Shown here: positions 63,155-64,000 of the stretch, piece after piece
How positions within the stretch are numbered: the first letter of the stretch is position 1
Layout of the letters: every line of letters begins with the position of its first letter
Assembly: GCA_030141605.1 (NCBI GenBank)
Contig: JAQGDQ010000001.1
Span: 1,054,001-1,118,000 of the forward strand
DNA from: Tubiluchus corallicola
Lineage: Eukaryota > Animalia > Priapulida
DNA: 64,000 nt
Reading direction: 5' to 3'
Program-made: the position numbers and the translations under genes
Notes under the pieces: generated by a model
Told to the model about the DNA's origin: nothing
The model's input: only the letters and a program-made list of their open reading frames with translations
Databases searched by the model: none

Positions 63155-64000
63155 CTGCAAATGAAAAAAATCACTTTTGATAAATTAGGAATTCTATTGT
63201 ATAAAATATTAAGAGAAGCACCAAATTCGTGTATTGCAAGAATATGCAACTATGCAAGTATTGCAACTACTACTTCACTGCGATTTTCTCCATTGTCTGG
63301 ATCAACTACACGCATATGAGAATTAACTTTGCAAAAAAACAGAAAACTAGAAAATAAAAAACAGTGACCAGTTAAATTAGAAAGAAGGAGCATAAGAACA
63401 GAAAAATAAACAGATTTGAAGAAGCACTTGAAAAACTGCCAAAGGATATTCCTTAAAAGTAATACTTAATAGCATTTAGCAAATTTATCTCAGAATAGTT
63501 CCATGAAGCGAAGGGTGTATAAATTGCTAAATAAACTAAACTTTAAGATGAGGAAATAAAGTGAATATGTAAACTTAACATTGTCGCATGTGAAACTCAC
63601 TCAACAGTGCATTAATTAAGGAACACATGTACAGCACAACCAGATAAATGGATTTAACTTACTGCAAGAAACTCTCAAAGGCTGAAATGCATAGACAGCA
63701 AAAGCTACAACAGATCCTATATTTACACAAGGGAAACATTCAAGTTCTTTACTCAAGAACATTCCATAAACTGCAGTTTATATACTTGCCGCAAGTCACT
63801 TCAAATCTGTTTACATTATTCAGAACAAAACACAGGTTACACACACCAACACTAAAATAAGAAACATCTTTATGCAGATATCAGAATTAGAATTAGATGA
63901 AGCAAGTGTAATGGCTTTCACGGCAGGCACTTATAATACAATTACCTACAAAAACTACAACATCAATATTAATAATATAAGAGCTATTTAAAAAACTACT

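Overview
AT-rich, intron-rich invertebrate (metazoan) nuclear DNA with many microsatellites; this is not prokaryotic sequence. Three host genes can be rebuilt exon by exon from splice sites and reading-frame phases. (1) An SLC22/organic cation transporter-like gene on the minus strand: six exons between 229 and 5488, 3' end outside the window, start-codon exon not located, one probable GC-AG intron, and a frameshifted paralogous exon fragment at about 13840-14060. (2) A complete 4-exon, 322-aa gene on the plus strand (24778-45215) encoding signal peptide + TPM/MOLO-1-like domain + single TM helix. (3) The last four coding exons of a type I PKA regulatory subunit on the minus strand (54715-63154). 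The most notable element lies between the convergent 3' ends of genes 2 and 3: a young, 5'-truncated R2-clade non-LTR retrotransposon (48850-51100). It has an uninterrupted RT + CCHC + restriction-like endonuclease frame, a hairpin-dense 3' UTR ending in a candidate pseudoknot, and an (AAAAT)n tail. It is not in 28S rDNA but at an AATAAAA site. The remainder is decayed LINEs (CR1/L2-like, RTE-like, possibly Penelope), MITEs, Helentron-like repeats, a solo-LTR-like segment and simple repeats. All family assignments rest on motif recognition, not database searches.
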